The position numbers and the translations under genes are program-made. Below, piece after piece: positions 37,020-47,216 of a stretch of DNA of 64,000 nucleotides; position 1 is the first letter of the stretch; each line of letters begins with the position of its first letter. The stretch comes from Candidatus Omnitrophota bacterium (GTDB lineage Bacteria > Omnitrophota > Omnitrophia > Omnitrophales > Aquincolibacteriaceae). The notes under the pieces are model-generated. The model saw only the letters and a program-made list of their open reading frames with translations, was not told the origin of the DNA and made no database searches. The stretch covers positions 140,901-204,900 of the forward strand of contig DAOPYQ010000003.1 of the NCBI GenBank assembly GCA_035352955.1. Direction: 5' to 3'.

Positions 37020-38593
37020 TCGGGCACCCGTTGCTGGATGACGTGCTTTTTTTGCCACGCAATGTGAACGAGAAACACCATCAATGCCCCGACCGCGACC
37101 AGAAGGAACCGGGCGAACCAGATATAGGGATAATCTTCTTTCGGAACACCCTTCATCATAAGCACTCCCCACCCGTCCTGAAACATCCAGAACAGGAACA
37201 AAACAACGAGATATACGAGGGTGACATATTTCATGATCGGCATGATAAAGTGCGGCAATTTGAGGTCCGCGCCGGACAGGATCTCCTTCCAGGCATTATG
37301 GGAACCAAACACCCAGACAAAAAGAACCACTTCGATGATCGCAAAGATCACGATCCCGACCGTCCCAACCCAAAAATCAAGCTCATTAAGGAACCCGTGT
37401 TTCAGGAAAAAGATCACGGGCAATGAGAAGAAAAAGGTCATAACTCCGACGATCCAAGCCGTCTTTTTCCGGGTCCATTTAAACTCTTCCTGAAAAAACG
37501 CCATCAAGGGCTGCGTGATCGCAACCGACGAGGTCAAGCCCGCCAGAAAGAGAAGAAAAAACCAGATCGTCCCGAAAAAAGGCCCCCAGGCCATCTTCTG
37601 AAAGATCATCGGCATTGCAAAAAAACCGAGATCGAACGCCCCGCCGGCAGCAATGGCCTTGGTCTGCGCCAGGCCAGAAAACGCCACGACCACGGGGATC
37701 GCGATCGAACCGCCCAGGATCACCTCGCAGAATTCATTTGTGGAAGCTGTCGCCAGGCCGGAAAGCACCACGTCGTCTTTCTCCTTCAGGTAGCTCGCAT
37801 AAACCTGGATCGCCCCGAATCCCACACTCAACGTAAAGAAGATCTGCCCCGTCGCGGCAAGCCATACCTTGCTCTGTTTCAGAATACTGAAGTCCGGGTT
37901 CCAGATAAACCCGAACCCGTTGGCGACATTGTTCAACGGAAGCCTTGGATCCGGAGTCCCGAGAAAAAGAACGCGCACGACGAGGATGATCCCAAAAATA
38001 CAGATCAGCGGCATCGCGATCTTCGCGAGCAGCTCGATGCCCTTACTGACACCTCGGGCAAGGATCCCCATCATACAAAAGTGCGTGATGACAAAGAAAA
38101 GGAACGCGGTCGCGATGGTCGGAAAATACGCATTCGAGACCTTCCCCTGAAACGCGGCGAGAAAATCCGCCATCCCCTGATAATTCGCGACCCCGGAATA
38201 TTTTCCGGTGAACGAAAAAACACTATAGGCCAGCGTCCAGGAAACGATGTAATTGTAATAGATGATGAGCAGAAGCGGCACGGCGAGGCCGATCGCGCCA
38301 ACATATTTCGCCCAAGGGTGCTTCCAGAGATAGTGGAACATACCGGGCGTAGTCCCGTGCCCGTATTTCCCGCCGAAACGCCCGATCCCCCACTCGATCC
38401 AAAGAAGAGGGATGCCGAGAAGTACGAACGCGATGAAATACGGGATCATAAAAGCGCCGCCGCCATTATTGGCGCACTGGACGGGAAACCGGAGAAAGTT
38501 GCCGAGGCCGACCGCGTTCGCGGCCATGGCCATAATAAGACCAATGCGCGTGCCCCATTGTTCGCGCGGTTTGGTATGTGGGTGTGTTGTCAT
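37016..38593 (-). CDS. sodium-dependent transporter, NSS (SNF/LeuT) family
   Basis: GLIMAMAANAVGLGNFLRFPVQCANNGGGAFMIPYFIAFVLLGIPLLWIEWGIGR is the canonical NSS TM1 signature. Twelve predicted TMs. Confidence 0.9.
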   Translation of the reverse strand: MTTHPHTKPREQWGTRIGLIMAMAANAVGLGNFLRFPVQCANNGGGAFMIPYFIAFVLLGIPLLWIEWGIGRFGGKYGHGTTPGMFHYLWKHPWAKYVGAIGLAVPLLLIIYYNYIVSWTLAYSVFSFTGKYSGVANYQGMADFLAAFQGKVSNAYFPTIATAFLFFVITHFCMMGILARGVSKGIELLAKIAMPLICIFGIILVVRVLFLGTPDPRLPLNNVANGFGFIWNPDFSILKQSKVWLAATGQIFFTLSVGFGAIQVYASYLKEKDDVVLSGLATASTNEFCEVILGGSIAIPVVVAFSGLAQTKAIAAGGAFDLGFFAMPMIFQKMAWGPFFGTIWFFLLFLAGLTSSVAITQPLMAFFQEEFKWTRKKTAWIVGVMTFFFSLPVIFFLKHGFLNELDFWVGTVGIVIFAIIEVVLFVWVFGSHNAWKEILSGADLKLPHFIMPIMKYVTLVYLVVLFLFWMFQDGWGVLMMKGVPKEDYPYIWFARFLLVAVGALMVFLVHIAWQKKHVIQQRVPE

Positions 38594-38662
38594 ACAGCGA
38601 TAGTGTAAATAAAACGAGGAGAAAAAGACATCAGAAAAATGCGGGACTTCCGCCGGACGGAA

Positions 38663-39193
38663 CTAACGGATCTTCCGGTGCTGGTACTTCCCCTTAATAT
38701 TGGATTCAAAATAGCGACCGTGGGAGGGAGCCGTCAGGAATTCGTTATAAACAATTTCGGGGACATCTTCATACTGGTAAATCGAGCCGACAATGAACTC
38801 CACCTGAAGCATGTTACGCTTATGTTCATAGCCGATCCATTCGATCTCGCTCGATAAAACCATATTGTTAATCATCGCATCCCCCTTCTTCCCCGTTAGA
38901 AACATGAACGTTTGAACCGCGTCGCAACCCCTCGGCAAGATGAAAACATTGTTTCGACCCTTTTGACATTTAAAATTTTTCTCTTTCTTTCGGGTCACTT
39001 TATGTAACGGACAGAAATGAAAAATCTTGAACAAATCCGCCAATTTTTCGGGATTTTCTTTTGCAGGCACACCCTGCTCCTTGGCCTTGCAACGTTCCAT
39101 CCGCAGAGGATCAAGAGCCGGGATGTCTTTTCGGATTTTCAAGCAGCGTCCGCACTTCTTCATCAAGTGCTCCGAATTCTTTTGCGATAGCAA
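38663..39193 (-). CDS. KTSC-domain protein (C-terminal about 70 aa), N-terminal Cys-rich extension uncertain
   Basis: The C-terminus is SSEIEWIGYEHKRNMLQVEFIVGSIYQYEDVPEIVYNEFLTAPSHGRYFESNIKGKY, the KTSC-domain pattern. An internal Met (MINNMV) may be the true start. Confidence 0.5.
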   Translation of the reverse strand: MLSQKNSEHLMKKCGRCLKIRKDIPALDPLRMERCKAKEQGVPAKENPEKLADLFKIFHFCPLHKVTRKKEKNFKCQKGRNNVFILPRGCDAVQTFMFLTGKKGDAMINNMVLSSEIEWIGYEHKRNMLQVEFIVGSIYQYEDVPEIVYNEFLTAPSHGRYFESNIKGKYQHRKIR

Positions 39194-39326
39194 TGCACTC
39201 GGAGCATTCTTCGTAATTCTCCGAGAGCAACGCTTCCCGCAAGTACAAAAGAGCGGTCAACTTCACGGGATTCCGCGCCCTTTTCCTGTACCGGGTGAAA
39301 CCGGACGAACTTAATATTGGGTTCAT
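39111..39326 (-). CDS. small hypothetical protein (71 aa from internal Met)
   Basis: MNPILSSSGFTRYRKRARNPVKL... A strong SD AAGGAGAAG lies 5 nt upstream of this Met. The 24-aa extension in the ORF track has no RBS. Confidence 0.4.
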   Translation of the reverse strand: MNPILSSSGFTRYRKRARNPVKLTALLYLREALLSENYEECSECIAIAKEFGALDEEVRTLLENPKRHPGS

Positions 39327-39430
39327 AGTCTTCTCCTTTACCGGGTTGTTGTTTTGTTGATTGTCTACGCTCCACCTTATGAAACCGCCCCCTTGCAAGA
39401 CCGGGGGTGAATCCTTTGCCGCCTTAAACG

Positions 39431-39470
39431 CAAAAAGCCCATGACCGCTATTGCGATCATGGGCTTTTGA
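39431..39470. terminator. Rho-independent terminator hairpin (bidirectional-capable)
   Basis: An 11-bp perfect stem AAAGCCCATGA / TCATGGGCTTT with loop ccgctattgcg. It is flanked by an A-run upstream and a T-run downstream. It lies downstream of the minus-strand membrane protein gene and the small ORF. Confidence 0.5.
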
Positions 39471-39500
39471 ATGATGCCGTTTTTTCCTGCTATTACTTCG

Positions 39501-39662
39501 TTACTCCGAAACCTCCCGAACGTCCCTCAAAAGCCCACGGCCGCGAACCGTATGGCGGCACTTCGTGGACACAAACCACGCCCGCGCCACGACGGCCGCT
39601 TTAAGCGCCGGCATGGAATAAATCGCTAAGCCGTGAATTTGATTGAGGTCACGTTTGTTCAT
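39501..39662 (-). CDS. possible small ORF (53 aa, Arg-rich C-terminus)
   Basis: MNKRDLNQIHGLAIYSMPALKAAVVARAWFVSTKCRHTVRGRGLLRDVREVSE. An SD GAAGGAA lies 6 nt upstream. Too short for the ORF track. No homology recognised. Confidence 0.25.
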   Translation of the reverse strand: MNKRDLNQIHGLAIYSMPALKAAVVARAWFVSTKCRHTVRGRGLLRDVREVSE

Positions 39663-39741
39663 GATATTCCTTCGTTTTGAATGACAAAAGAAATGTACCA
39701 GAGACCCCGGAGTTTGTCAAATCCGGGTCCCAAAAAATCCC

Positions 39742-42174
39742 TCAGGGAACCTTCGAGGAAGGTTTTTCTTTATCCTGATCGAGAAGAAGCTTGGAGCAAT
39801 AACTGTAAAGAAAACTCGCCCCGAGCAGAACAACGCCCAGCCCGACAAAGGAAATGATCCGGTAAGGCGTCTCGAGATTGCCGAAATCGTAGAAAAAAAG
39901 ACGGCAAAGCACCACGCCGAACATCCCAAGCCCGATCCAGCGATAGAGCTTCTCCCGCAGATAAAATCCCGTGAGAAGGAACCCTAAAGCGAGGACGCCC
40001 CAGATGATTGCGATCCAGGAGCTCAGTTTGGGATCATAAAAAAAGACCATCAAAAGCAGCGCTCCGATCACGCTAAGCCATTGAGACAAAGCCGGCACAT
40101 CTTTTTCTCCGGCAAGACCGGGCTGCCGGCGAAGCCATCCCCCCGTCGCGATCATCCCAAGAATTCCAAAAAAGACCGCGCTCAAACGGACGGCCACTTT
40201 AAGATCCGTAAAAATATTCAGAAGCGGCAGTCTGCCGTCGACCCCCGCGATCCGGATGGCGGCAAGACAAAAGAAGCACATCGACACCTTGCGCAAATCC
40301 ACCCGGGAGTCACGGACGCCGAGGAACATCAGGGCCATCCCGATCAAGACCCAGATCACGGAACTTGCGGCCTGAAGGCCGCCCCAATGACACCCAGCGG
40401 CAAACAAAACAAACGCGCCGATCAGAAACGCATCTTCGGACACCTCCCTTTCCTTGCCGGCGGGATAATCGCTTCTTTTATAAAAAAAGTAACACGCTCC
40501 GAACGCTAACGCGGCAACGGCATGGATCAAAAACATCGTCCGGAACGCAAAGAAGATCCGGAACAAAATCCCTGATTCCCAGTGGTCCACAAGCAATAGG
40601 CGGCACAAGATCATGGCCGCAAGAGCCCACCCCAACCGGTAAAGGATCATGCGCCGGTGCCGGACCCCAAGCCAGGTCAAAATGACAAGACCGCCGCTCC
40701 AGCCATAGGTTACGGAAGGACCGTGAAAATACATCGGTACCGCAAGCGAAAAAAGGGTCGTCCCGAACGCAAGATAGAGATCGCTGAAAAGTCCCAGGCC
40801 CCGTTTCTCTTCCCCGTAGGCAAGTGCAAGGAACACGAACCCCATCACGAGCGGAAACCAGTATTTCAAAGCCGGGTGGAAGGCGTGCAGATGGTACAGG
40901 TAGCTCGTGCAAAAGATCAGGTTATTGAGGAACAAAAGCCAAAAACTGATCTCCCGGTCCGCGGGTTTTTCGGTTTTGATAAAACCCATCGCGGCAAAAA
41001 GCATCCAGTAAAGCGCCAGGAACCCCTGGTGCAGAAGCGACTTCTGAAGCGGCATCCCGCCGGCGGCTCCGCCGCTGCCCCACGGCGAAATAAAAACCTG
41101 GTACCAAAAATCGGTGTTGGAAAAATCCCCGAAAAGACCCGCCGAAACCCACGCGTAATGAGTCAGATATACTGCGACAAGGCCGAGCAAGGCAAGCCAT
41201 GTCCAGCCCACGCGTTTTGCCACGATCACCGTGGAAACGCCGAGCAGGAACGATGCTGCAAGGGTGTAGGTCGTCACGCCCACCAGAGTGACCGCAACAT
41301 AGGCGAGAAAATAAGAAAAGAAAACGAGAACGGCCGACTTGAACTTCAGGGATTGAGTGATCGAACCAGACATAACGAATAGAAGGCAAATAAAGGCAAT
41401 GACCGGATCATGGATCACTCGGGTTGCCGCGATCTGGTAGGCCGCATAGACAACAAAATAAAGAATGGCCCAGCCGCCTCCGATAGTCGCCATACTCCAT
41501 CGCCGGTATTTCTCCTGCGATGATAAATAATTTCCAAAACCGATCAGCGCTCCCGCGAGAACCGCCCCGATCGCGAGTTTCCCCCAGGCTCCGATGAACT
41601 GGAACGAATAGCTGATAAAAAGAACGATCCCAAGCGCGAGCGTGAAAATTCCGGCCCGCGCAAGCCAGTATTTCCCGATACTACTTTCTTGCGTTTCCCC
41701 GGATCGCGGCGCCTTGGCACGCTCGGTCTCTTGATACGTCACCGCAGCCGTTCCCGAAGCAGCCTCCACCGCTCTCTCAGAAGTTGTTTGGGCGGCCAAG
41801 TCCCGGTAGGCCTCAGAATCCCTGACAGACGTGGATTGCGAAGCGCCTTCCCTCGCGGTCTCCAGGTCCTGGATCTTGGAAGACAGACGGCCGACCTCCC
41901 GCTTCAGACTCTCGAGCTCCTGCTCAAATGCCATGGCCAGCAGGACCTGGACACTCTCTTTGGTGCGTTCAACCCGGAGGACGAAACCGAGTTTTTCGAG
42001 ATCTTCCAGGAAAGAAAGGATTTGGGCAGAAGAAACCTGATTAAAGACGGCGATGTTATTTTTGGAGAGAAAATCCTTGATCCGGGCTTCCTCCCAGGAC
42101 TCCCGTTGACGGATCAAAGCGATCAATCCCGGATGGAACCAAAAGCGCTGAACGCCCTTCAAAACAAGCTGCAT
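39742..42174 (-). CDS. large polytopic membrane protein (DUF2339-like) with N-terminal soluble and coiled-coil region
   Basis: The first 100 aa are soluble, followed by a coiled coil (ELESLKREVGRLSSKIQDLETARE). After that come more than 20 predicted TM helices over 650 aa. Confidence 0.5.
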   Translation of the reverse strand: MQLVLKGVQRFWFHPGLIALIRQRESWEEARIKDFLSKNNIAVFNQVSSAQILSFLEDLEKLGFVLRVERTKESVQVLLAMAFEQELESLKREVGRLSSKIQDLETAREGASQSTSVRDSEAYRDLAAQTTSERAVEAASGTAAVTYQETERAKAPRSGETQESSIGKYWLARAGIFTLALGIVLFISYSFQFIGAWGKLAIGAVLAGALIGFGNYLSSQEKYRRWSMATIGGGWAILYFVVYAAYQIAATRVIHDPVIAFICLLFVMSGSITQSLKFKSAVLVFFSYFLAYVAVTLVGVTTYTLAASFLLGVSTVIVAKRVGWTWLALLGLVAVYLTHYAWVSAGLFGDFSNTDFWYQVFISPWGSGGAAGGMPLQKSLLHQGFLALYWMLFAAMGFIKTEKPADREISFWLLFLNNLIFCTSYLYHLHAFHPALKYWFPLVMGFVFLALAYGEEKRGLGLFSDLYLAFGTTLFSLAVPMYFHGPSVTYGWSGGLVILTWLGVRHRRMILYRLGWALAAMILCRLLLVDHWESGILFRIFFAFRTMFLIHAVAALAFGACYFFYKRSDYPAGKEREVSEDAFLIGAFVLFAAGCHWGGLQAASSVIWVLIGMALMFLGVRDSRVDLRKVSMCFFCLAAIRIAGVDGRLPLLNIFTDLKVAVRLSAVFFGILGMIATGGWLRRQPGLAGEKDVPALSQWLSVIGALLLMVFFYDPKLSSWIAIIWGVLALGFLLTGFYLREKLYRWIGLGMFGVVLCRLFFYDFGNLETPYRIISFVGLGVVLLGASFLYSYCSKLLLDQDKEKPSSKVP

Positions 42175-42220
42175 GATCGGGCTCCTTTTCCGCCGGCATC
42201 ACGACCGGCCAAGCCGCGGT

Positions 42221-43036
42221 CTAATAAACGCGGATGCGGCGTTTGAACTCGCTCCAGGGGAAAAATTTTCCGGGACATTCCGTCGCGGCGCCCGGCACAT
42301 CCCGATGACCGAGAATGTTCTGGTCGGGAATGCGATAATAGGTCTTGAGGGTTTCGACAAGAAAAATAAGCTGCGCCAACATCGTCTCGGGCAATCCGGT
42401 CTCACTGTAATTACCGACGACCGCGATCCCGATCGCCTTCTGGTTCCAGTCCCCCTGCTTGGTGTGCGCTCCCTGCATCTGCTTCTTCCATCGGGGCCCG
42501 ACCTCAATTTGACCGCTCGTCTTGCCGCGGGTTCCGTTATCGATCAGAAAATGATAGCCCATCCCGTTCTCCCATCCGCGCTCGTGGTGCAATTTGTCGA
42601 TATAAAGCGCGTTCCCGTCGTCGGTCGCCGTATGATGGATCACGATGTGGGTCCAACGCGTCGTCGGAAAAAGCAGGATATTCGAACGCGGTCCCATCGT
42701 ATTCGGGATCAACAGCTTCCGCCCCTTTTTGATCTGGGAAGGATCCGTAATATGGTTCACGCGCATGATCGTCTCCATATCCACGTTGTAGGTCTTGCTG
42801 ATGCTCCAAACCGACTCGAAAGGACCGACTTCGTGATAGACGTCGTGCGGGGCATATTGAGAAACCGGGATATAGGTCACCATGGACGCGGTAGGCGCCG
42901 CATTCGAGCGGAACGGTGAAAAGACCGCCGGAGACGACGAGGCACAACCGGAAAGGAGACTCATCCCGAGAAGGGCTATGAGAACTGCCGGCGTTCTTAA
43001 TGACCGAAGCTGATCCGTAGAAAAGAGTGAAATCAC
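42221..43036 (-). CDS. LysM-domain N-acetylmuramoyl-L-alanine amidase (Amidase_2/PGRP type) lipoprotein
   Basis: The lipobox is LLSGC. The LysM is YHEVGPFESVWSISKTYNVDMETIMRVNHITDPSQIKKGRKLLIP. The amidase_2 region is WTHIVIHHTATD...GYHFLID...HRDV...TECPG. Confidence 0.85.
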   Translation of the reverse strand: MISLFSTDQLRSLRTPAVLIALLGMSLLSGCASSSPAVFSPFRSNAAPTASMVTYIPVSQYAPHDVYHEVGPFESVWSISKTYNVDMETIMRVNHITDPSQIKKGRKLLIPNTMGPRSNILLFPTTRWTHIVIHHTATDDGNALYIDKLHHERGWENGMGYHFLIDNGTRGKTSGQIEVGPRWKKQMQGAHTKQGDWNQKAIGIAVVGNYSETGLPETMLAQLIFLVETLKTYYRIPDQNILGHRDVPGAATECPGKFFPWSEFKRRIRVY

Positions 43037-43121
43037 GTTTGGATTGGAACCTTATAACTCTACTATGTTTCGCCTGAAAGAGCGCTTTGCTTTAGCAGAT
43101 TCCTCACCTTTTCCGGAGCGG

Positions 43122-45998
43122 TCAGACGCGCTCAAAATACGCCGAAAGCTTCTTCGCAAAGGCCGAAAGACCGGCGACGGGATCACGCCCAAGCTCCACC
43201 CCGAGGACCGGAAGCCCCTTGCTTGAGATCGCCTCGTAATCGCCAAGTGCCTGCGCCTGTTTGAGTTGGCTGAACCCGTACACTTCGCCCGGGATCCGGA
43301 CGTCCTTCGCGTCTTTCACGAAAAATTCGATAAAGATCCCCTGCTTCGGACCGCCCTTGTAAAGCTGGCCGATGGAGTGAAGGTAGCGCGGACCGAACCC
43401 GGAAAGGACCGGAACCTTGAGCGCCGCAGCCATGCTCTTCTGAAGGCCCCGGAGCGCTTTCTGCGCGGCCGGAGAACGATCCACATACGCCAGAAGCGAC
43501 ACGAACCCGTCCGCGGGAAGTTTCTTCAGGAATGCCGCGATCAGTTTCTGGTCGGCAGGGCTCAACTTCGGACTTTTTACGGTCACGAGCTGCTTCGGCA
43601 CCGGAAGGGCCTTTTTCTTTTTGATGTCTTCCAGAAGGCGGCTTGTAATGTTCTTGGATTCAGTCACGTTCGGCTCGTCAAAAGGATTGACCTTGAGAAC
43701 GACGCTGGCGAAGCTCGTGGCGACTTCCCAGCGCAAAAACTCCCCGCCGACATTCGTTCCGTCCGCCCACACAAAATCCAGGACCGCAAATCCCCGGTCC
43801 TTCAGATCCTTGATGCGGATCTTCCAGAGTTTTTCGCTTTCCCCCTTCAACCGAAGGATCGCGAACACGCGGTCCGCGCCGTAGCGATCGAGAGGAAGCG
43901 GCGCTTCGTTGGCGATCGGCGTGATCCCCTTGCCTTCTTTGCCGGTGCTTTCCGCGATCAACTGCTCGGCCCAATCCGCAAACGACGCGAGCTCAGGGGA
44001 AGTCCAGAACGTCAGCTTGTCTTTTCCTTTCAGGGCCAACGCGCCAAGAAGAAGTCCGAGCGCGATCCCTTCATTTTTCACGAGATCTTTTTCCTGCCGC
44101 ATCACGGTGAGGAACCGCTGGGCATCGCCAAGGATCTTCCGGATATCGATCCCAAGCAGCGCAGCGGGCACGAGCCCAAAAAAAGAAAGCGCCGAATAGC
44201 GGCCGCCGATATCGCCGGGATTCAGAAAAAGACCACAAAAAGGCTTGCTGCGGCCAAGGTCCGCCATCGGCGAACCTTCGTCCGTTACGATCACCATGCG
44301 TTCCGCCGCCTTGTTCGCGTCTCCTTTGTAAAACTTTGTCAACCGGTCAAAGAAATACTGATACTGCGAACGCGTTTCGATCGTGGAACCGGACTTGCTT
44401 CCCACGAGAAAAACCGTTTTGGGATAGCGAACGGCCTTCTCGACCTTGAGAATGCTGGCCGGGTCTGTGGTATCGAGCAGATGGAACCGCACCCCCTTCA
44501 ACGCGCCTTTTACTTTCTGCGTGGGCTTGGTCAGAATAAGGGACAGGACTTCGGCCGCGAGGCTCGAACCGCCCATACCAAGCAGCACGATGTCGCGGAT
44601 CTTCTCTTTGAAAAGTTTTTCACAGAGAACGTCGACTTCATATAGACGGCCTGAGATCTTTTCGCAGTTCGCCACCCACCCGAGCCGGTTCAGGATCACT
44701 TTCTTGTGTCCTTCGTCCGTGCTCCAAAGCGTCGGATCCTTGGCCAGCCAGCGGGCATGAAGGTCTTTTTTGGAAGCCTGCGTCTTCACATCTTGCACCG
44801 CCTTCTGAAGTTTCTCGGGAAGAGAGATGCCGGTTTTCACCGCGGGAGCGGCGGGTTTAAACGAACCGCGTTTTGCCTCGATCGTCGCCATCAGAGACTC
44901 AAACGAATTCACGAACGCTTTGACACCATCTTTCTGGAGCCTGTCGCAAACCACGTGGACATCGATCCCGGCGCTTTTCAGGTCCTCGATCGATTTCTGA
45001 GCCTCGGGAACGTTCTCTTCGACGGTGTCCGGACGGACCTGCCCGTGATGAAGCAACGCTTCCCATGTCGCCTGAGGCAGCGTGTTAACGGTGTTCTTTC
45101 CGACCAGCGTTTCGACGTAGATCAGGTCCTGGTACGCGGGGTTCTTCGTGCTGGTACTACCCCAAAGCGTCTTCTGGACATACGCGCCCTGGGATTTCAA
45201 GTCCTGCGCCTGCGACGTCGCGAAGATCTTCTTGAATTCCTGGTAGATCATCTTGGAATTCGCGATCGCGGCCTTGCCCTTGAGCCCGGCCAGCCAGGTT
45301 TTCTTCTGCGGGTCATTCTCGGACGCAATCTTCGCGTCAAGCTGTTTATCGATATCCGTATCGATGCGGCTCACGAAAACGCTCGCCACGGAATGCACTC
45401 TCCGAAGATCGCCGCCCTTTTTCGCAAACGCTTCGAGACCGGCGAGATAGGCGTACGCCACGTCGCGGTAATTCTGTTGGGAGAAAATAAGCGTAACATT
45501 GATGTTAATGCCTTCCCCGATCAGACGCTCGACGGCGCGCACACCCTGGGGCGTAGCGGGAACTTTGATCATGACATTGGGCTTCGCGACCGCCTTAAAA
45601 AGACGCCTCGCTTCGGCCACGGTAGCTTCTTCGTCAAACGCGAGGCACGGAAGAACCTCGAGGCTCACGAAACCGTGCTCGCCGTTCGTCCGTTCAAAAA
45701 CGGGAAGAAAGAGGTCGCAGGTCTGGCGGATGTCGGCAAGCGTCAAGGCATCATAGATCTCAAGCGTGGACGCTCCTTTTTGGGAAAGTTTGCGGATGTC
45801 CTGCTCATAGCCTTCGCCCTGACCGATCGCCTGCTGAAAAATGGAAGGGTTCGAGGTAACCCCAAGGAGGCCGCTTTCTTCCACATAAGATTTCAAAGTT
45901 CCGGACTTAAGAAGTTTTCGGCTAATGGTATCAAGCCACGGCCCCTGCCCTGCGTTATAAAGTTCAACACTCGGTAAAGTTGTCATGCACGTCTCCAT
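43122..45998 (-). CDS. bifunctional transaldolase / glucose-6-phosphate isomerase
   Basis: The N-terminal transaldolase is LGVTSNPSIF (Schiff-base Lys region). The C-terminal 550 aa is PGI (LLGMGGSSLAAEV...GGRYSALS). Total 958 aa. Confidence 0.9.
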   Translation of the reverse strand: METCMTTLPSVELYNAGQGPWLDTISRKLLKSGTLKSYVEESGLLGVTSNPSIFQQAIGQGEGYEQDIRKLSQKGASTLEIYDALTLADIRQTCDLFLPVFERTNGEHGFVSLEVLPCLAFDEEATVAEARRLFKAVAKPNVMIKVPATPQGVRAVERLIGEGININVTLIFSQQNYRDVAYAYLAGLEAFAKKGGDLRRVHSVASVFVSRIDTDIDKQLDAKIASENDPQKKTWLAGLKGKAAIANSKMIYQEFKKIFATSQAQDLKSQGAYVQKTLWGSTSTKNPAYQDLIYVETLVGKNTVNTLPQATWEALLHHGQVRPDTVEENVPEAQKSIEDLKSAGIDVHVVCDRLQKDGVKAFVNSFESLMATIEAKRGSFKPAAPAVKTGISLPEKLQKAVQDVKTQASKKDLHARWLAKDPTLWSTDEGHKKVILNRLGWVANCEKISGRLYEVDVLCEKLFKEKIRDIVLLGMGGSSLAAEVLSLILTKPTQKVKGALKGVRFHLLDTTDPASILKVEKAVRYPKTVFLVGSKSGSTIETRSQYQYFFDRLTKFYKGDANKAAERMVIVTDEGSPMADLGRSKPFCGLFLNPGDIGGRYSALSFFGLVPAALLGIDIRKILGDAQRFLTVMRQEKDLVKNEGIALGLLLGALALKGKDKLTFWTSPELASFADWAEQLIAESTGKEGKGITPIANEAPLPLDRYGADRVFAILRLKGESEKLWKIRIKDLKDRGFAVLDFVWADGTNVGGEFLRWEVATSFASVVLKVNPFDEPNVTESKNITSRLLEDIKKKKALPVPKQLVTVKSPKLSPADQKLIAAFLKKLPADGFVSLLAYVDRSPAAQKALRGLQKSMAAALKVPVLSGFGPRYLHSIGQLYKGGPKQGIFIEFFVKDAKDVRIPGEVYGFSQLKQAQALGDYEAISSKGLPVLGVELGRDPVAGLSAFAKKLSAYFERV

Positions 45999-46109
45999 GG
46001 TTTCCTCTCTACTGTTTGATGAATGATGTCACTGGGGGGAAGGAAAAACAGGCTGGAGTATACCATGCCCCGACACGGCGTACAACGCGCAACGAACAAC
46101 GAAAATACA

Positions 46110-47216
46110 TTAATTTTGTGCGTTACCGGACGAGCATTGCCCTGCAATCAGAGCCGATTGCACCGCTGCGATCAATTCCTTGAGCCCACTCCCCGTCGCC
46201 GCAGAGATCTGAACCGCCTCGGGAAACGTATCCCGGTAGCGAAGCTTCTGCGGCTCTGCCAAAAGGTCGGCCTTGTTGAGCGCAAGAAGCCTCTTTTGGG
46301 AAGCCGCGCCGAGTTCTTCGAGCACTTTCTCCACGACTTCTTTATGCTGGAGCGCGTGATCACTCGCGGCATCGACCACGATCAGAATGAGGTCCGCATC
46401 AAGCGTCTCCTCAAGCGTCGCATGGAACGCCTTGACGAGCCCGTGCGGGAGATCGCGGATAAACCCGACGGTATCCGTAAAAAGGATCGCCCGGCCCGAT
46501 TTATCTTCATAGACGCGCGTCTTGGGGTCCAGAGTCGCAAAAAGCCGGTCCTCAACGTACGCGTCCGCACCGGTCAACGCGTTCAGGAGCGTCGACTTCC
46601 CGGCATTGGTATACCCGACGATCGCGACCTGCGAGAGCCCTTTCTGCCGGCGGCCCTGACGGAGCTGCGCCCGGTGTGTCCGGAGCTTTTCGATCTGCCC
46701 CTTGATATGTTCGATGCGGCCGCGGATCTTGCGCCGATCCACTTCGAGCTTCTGTTCGCCGGGGCCGCGGGTGCCGATCCCGCCGCCAAGCCGGGACATG
46801 ATCACGCCCTGCCCGACCAGCCGCGGCAAAAGATATTGCAACTGGGCAAGTTCGACCTGAAGTTTACCATCGCTCGAAACCGCACGCCGCGCGAAGATGT
46901 CGAGGATCAATCCGGTCCGGTCAACCACGCGCACGCCACAATCCTCCTCCAGGTTGCGTGCCTGCACGGGAGAAAGATCGATGCTGAAAATGAGAACATT
47001 CGCGCCGGTCTTCCCAAGCTCCTCACGGATCTCGCCGATCTTGCCGCCGCGGATGTAATGGCTCGGGCTCGGGTGCTGGGCGTTCGCCCTCAGGGTACCC
47101 ACCACCGTCCCGTTCGCCGATTCGGTGAGTTCTTTCATCTCCTCAAAAACCTCGTGGGGATCCCGCTCGTTCTTCGCGCCGGTCTTGACGATAACAAGAA
47201 AAGCTTTATCGGCCAT
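46110..47216 (-). CDS. hflX: GTPase HflX
   Basis: The HflX N-domain is followed by the G-domain VAIVGYTNAGKSTLLNALTG (G1) and DTVGF (G3). Confidence 0.95.
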   Translation of the reverse strand: MADKAFLVIVKTGAKNERDPHEVFEEMKELTESANGTVVGTLRANAQHPSPSHYIRGGKIGEIREELGKTGANVLIFSIDLSPVQARNLEEDCGVRVVDRTGLILDIFARRAVSSDGKLQVELAQLQYLLPRLVGQGVIMSRLGGGIGTRGPGEQKLEVDRRKIRGRIEHIKGQIEKLRTHRAQLRQGRRQKGLSQVAIVGYTNAGKSTLLNALTGADAYVEDRLFATLDPKTRVYEDKSGRAILFTDTVGFIRDLPHGLVKAFHATLEETLDADLILIVVDAASDHALQHKEVVEKVLEELGAASQKRLLALNKADLLAEPQKLRYRDTFPEAVQISAATGSGLKELIAAVQSALIAGQCSSGNAQN